Positions 6,959-7,835 of a DNA stretch of 7,835 nt are shown in pieces. The notes beneath the pieces were generated by a model. That model searched no databases. It saw only the letters and a list, made by a program, of their open reading frames with translations, and had not been told where the DNA came from. A program made the translations under genes and the position numbers. Position 1 is the first letter of the stretch. Each line of letters opens with the position of its first letter. Source of the DNA: Trichoplax adhaerens (lineage: Eukaryota; Animalia; Placozoa); NCBI RefSeq assembly GCF_000150275.1, contig NW_002061040.1, positions 31,320 through 39,154 of the forward strand. The letters run 5' to 3'.

Positions 6959-7835
6959 ATTGCAATGCCACTGAGTAGTCCACATTTTGACAATGATCGA
7001 GAAAGAAATCAATCATTACCGCCGTACAAGTTCTCTTCTACCCGTCTTGGAGTACTGTGCTCATTTTCAACACTTTCTCAAGCCATCAACAGAACGGCTA
7101 GAGAACCACTTCAGTATGGTAAAGCTACAGTACAAGTGCCTACCACTCGACGTCCATGTTGACTACAGGATTGACTTGGTCTCTTTCCATTCGCCCAGTC
7201 CAACTTACGGTACACTGTACAGTACTTCGACATGACTGTGCTAGTCGGAGTCCTCCATGCTGTACTCATCTGGAAATAGATTCAGAAATGAACAGTCCCC
7301 CCCCAAACCACATGATGAGTCTGAGGATCGCAGCACAGTGATGGAGAAGAAAGCGGAGCCATGTTGACGTTGCCGTACGTGTCCATAACCACTGAGTCAT
7401 CATACGGCAACGCAAACCAACCCCCCCAACAAGTCGAGTTTGTATGACTGTAAGGGTTGCATCATACTAAGAGCACACACACGTGGAGCGTCACGACATC
7501 CTGACGTCCTGTTGTGGCTGCGCAAGAGGTCAAAGGAAAGAAAGAAAAAATGGTGGCAAACAGCAATGCCAACAAACAACAAATCTTTTCAAATGCAGGG
7601 GCTAATTGCTCAAGCAACGACTTCAACTTGTAGTCTACTTTGTTGAAATAGCTTTACAAAGGGGTTATTCCAAATGGATGATGAGAAGGTAATCTTAATG
7701 TACTATACTTCTGACACAGCTGGTATCCAACGTGTGCGACCACTTGCATCATGCTTTGCATTTGGACTGCGCCGCCAAAATGGCCACAAGGAAAACGATC
7801 GTATACAGTGTTTGTCGTCGTTTCCTCTGCAGTNA

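Noticed and set aside
6987-7646. Short ORFs at the right end
   Set aside because: They are 60-82 aa, overlap on both strands, have no recognisable motifs and no convincing splice-linked chain. Treated as intergenic.

Overview
Eukaryotic, most likely invertebrate animal, genomic DNA with a 50-N scaffold gap at 4704-4753. The left 4.7 kb is part of a minus-strand spliced gene that I read as a divergent, compact KANSL1/Nsl1 orthologue (scaffold of the NSL/KAT8-MOF histone acetyltransferase complex). Three coding exons are visible: 4115->=4703, 801-970 and <1-64. They join in frame through GT-AG introns of 3144 and 736 bp and rebuild the KANSL1 motif order: coiled coil, SDVTESSSGGES, W...R..I.SRW.W, then a WDR5-binding WIN-like CARVRP. 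The large intron holds a 93-100 bp tandem array with TTAGGG motifs. Right of the gap lie a CpG-rich promoter-like patch, a palindrome-rich modular 49/54/59-bp satellite, a 109-bp tandem repeat and a 172-bp hAT-like MITE candidate. Most ORFs in the supplied track are artefacts of introns or repeats. I find no strong evidence for a new biological system. Family assignments come from remembered motifs, not from database searches.
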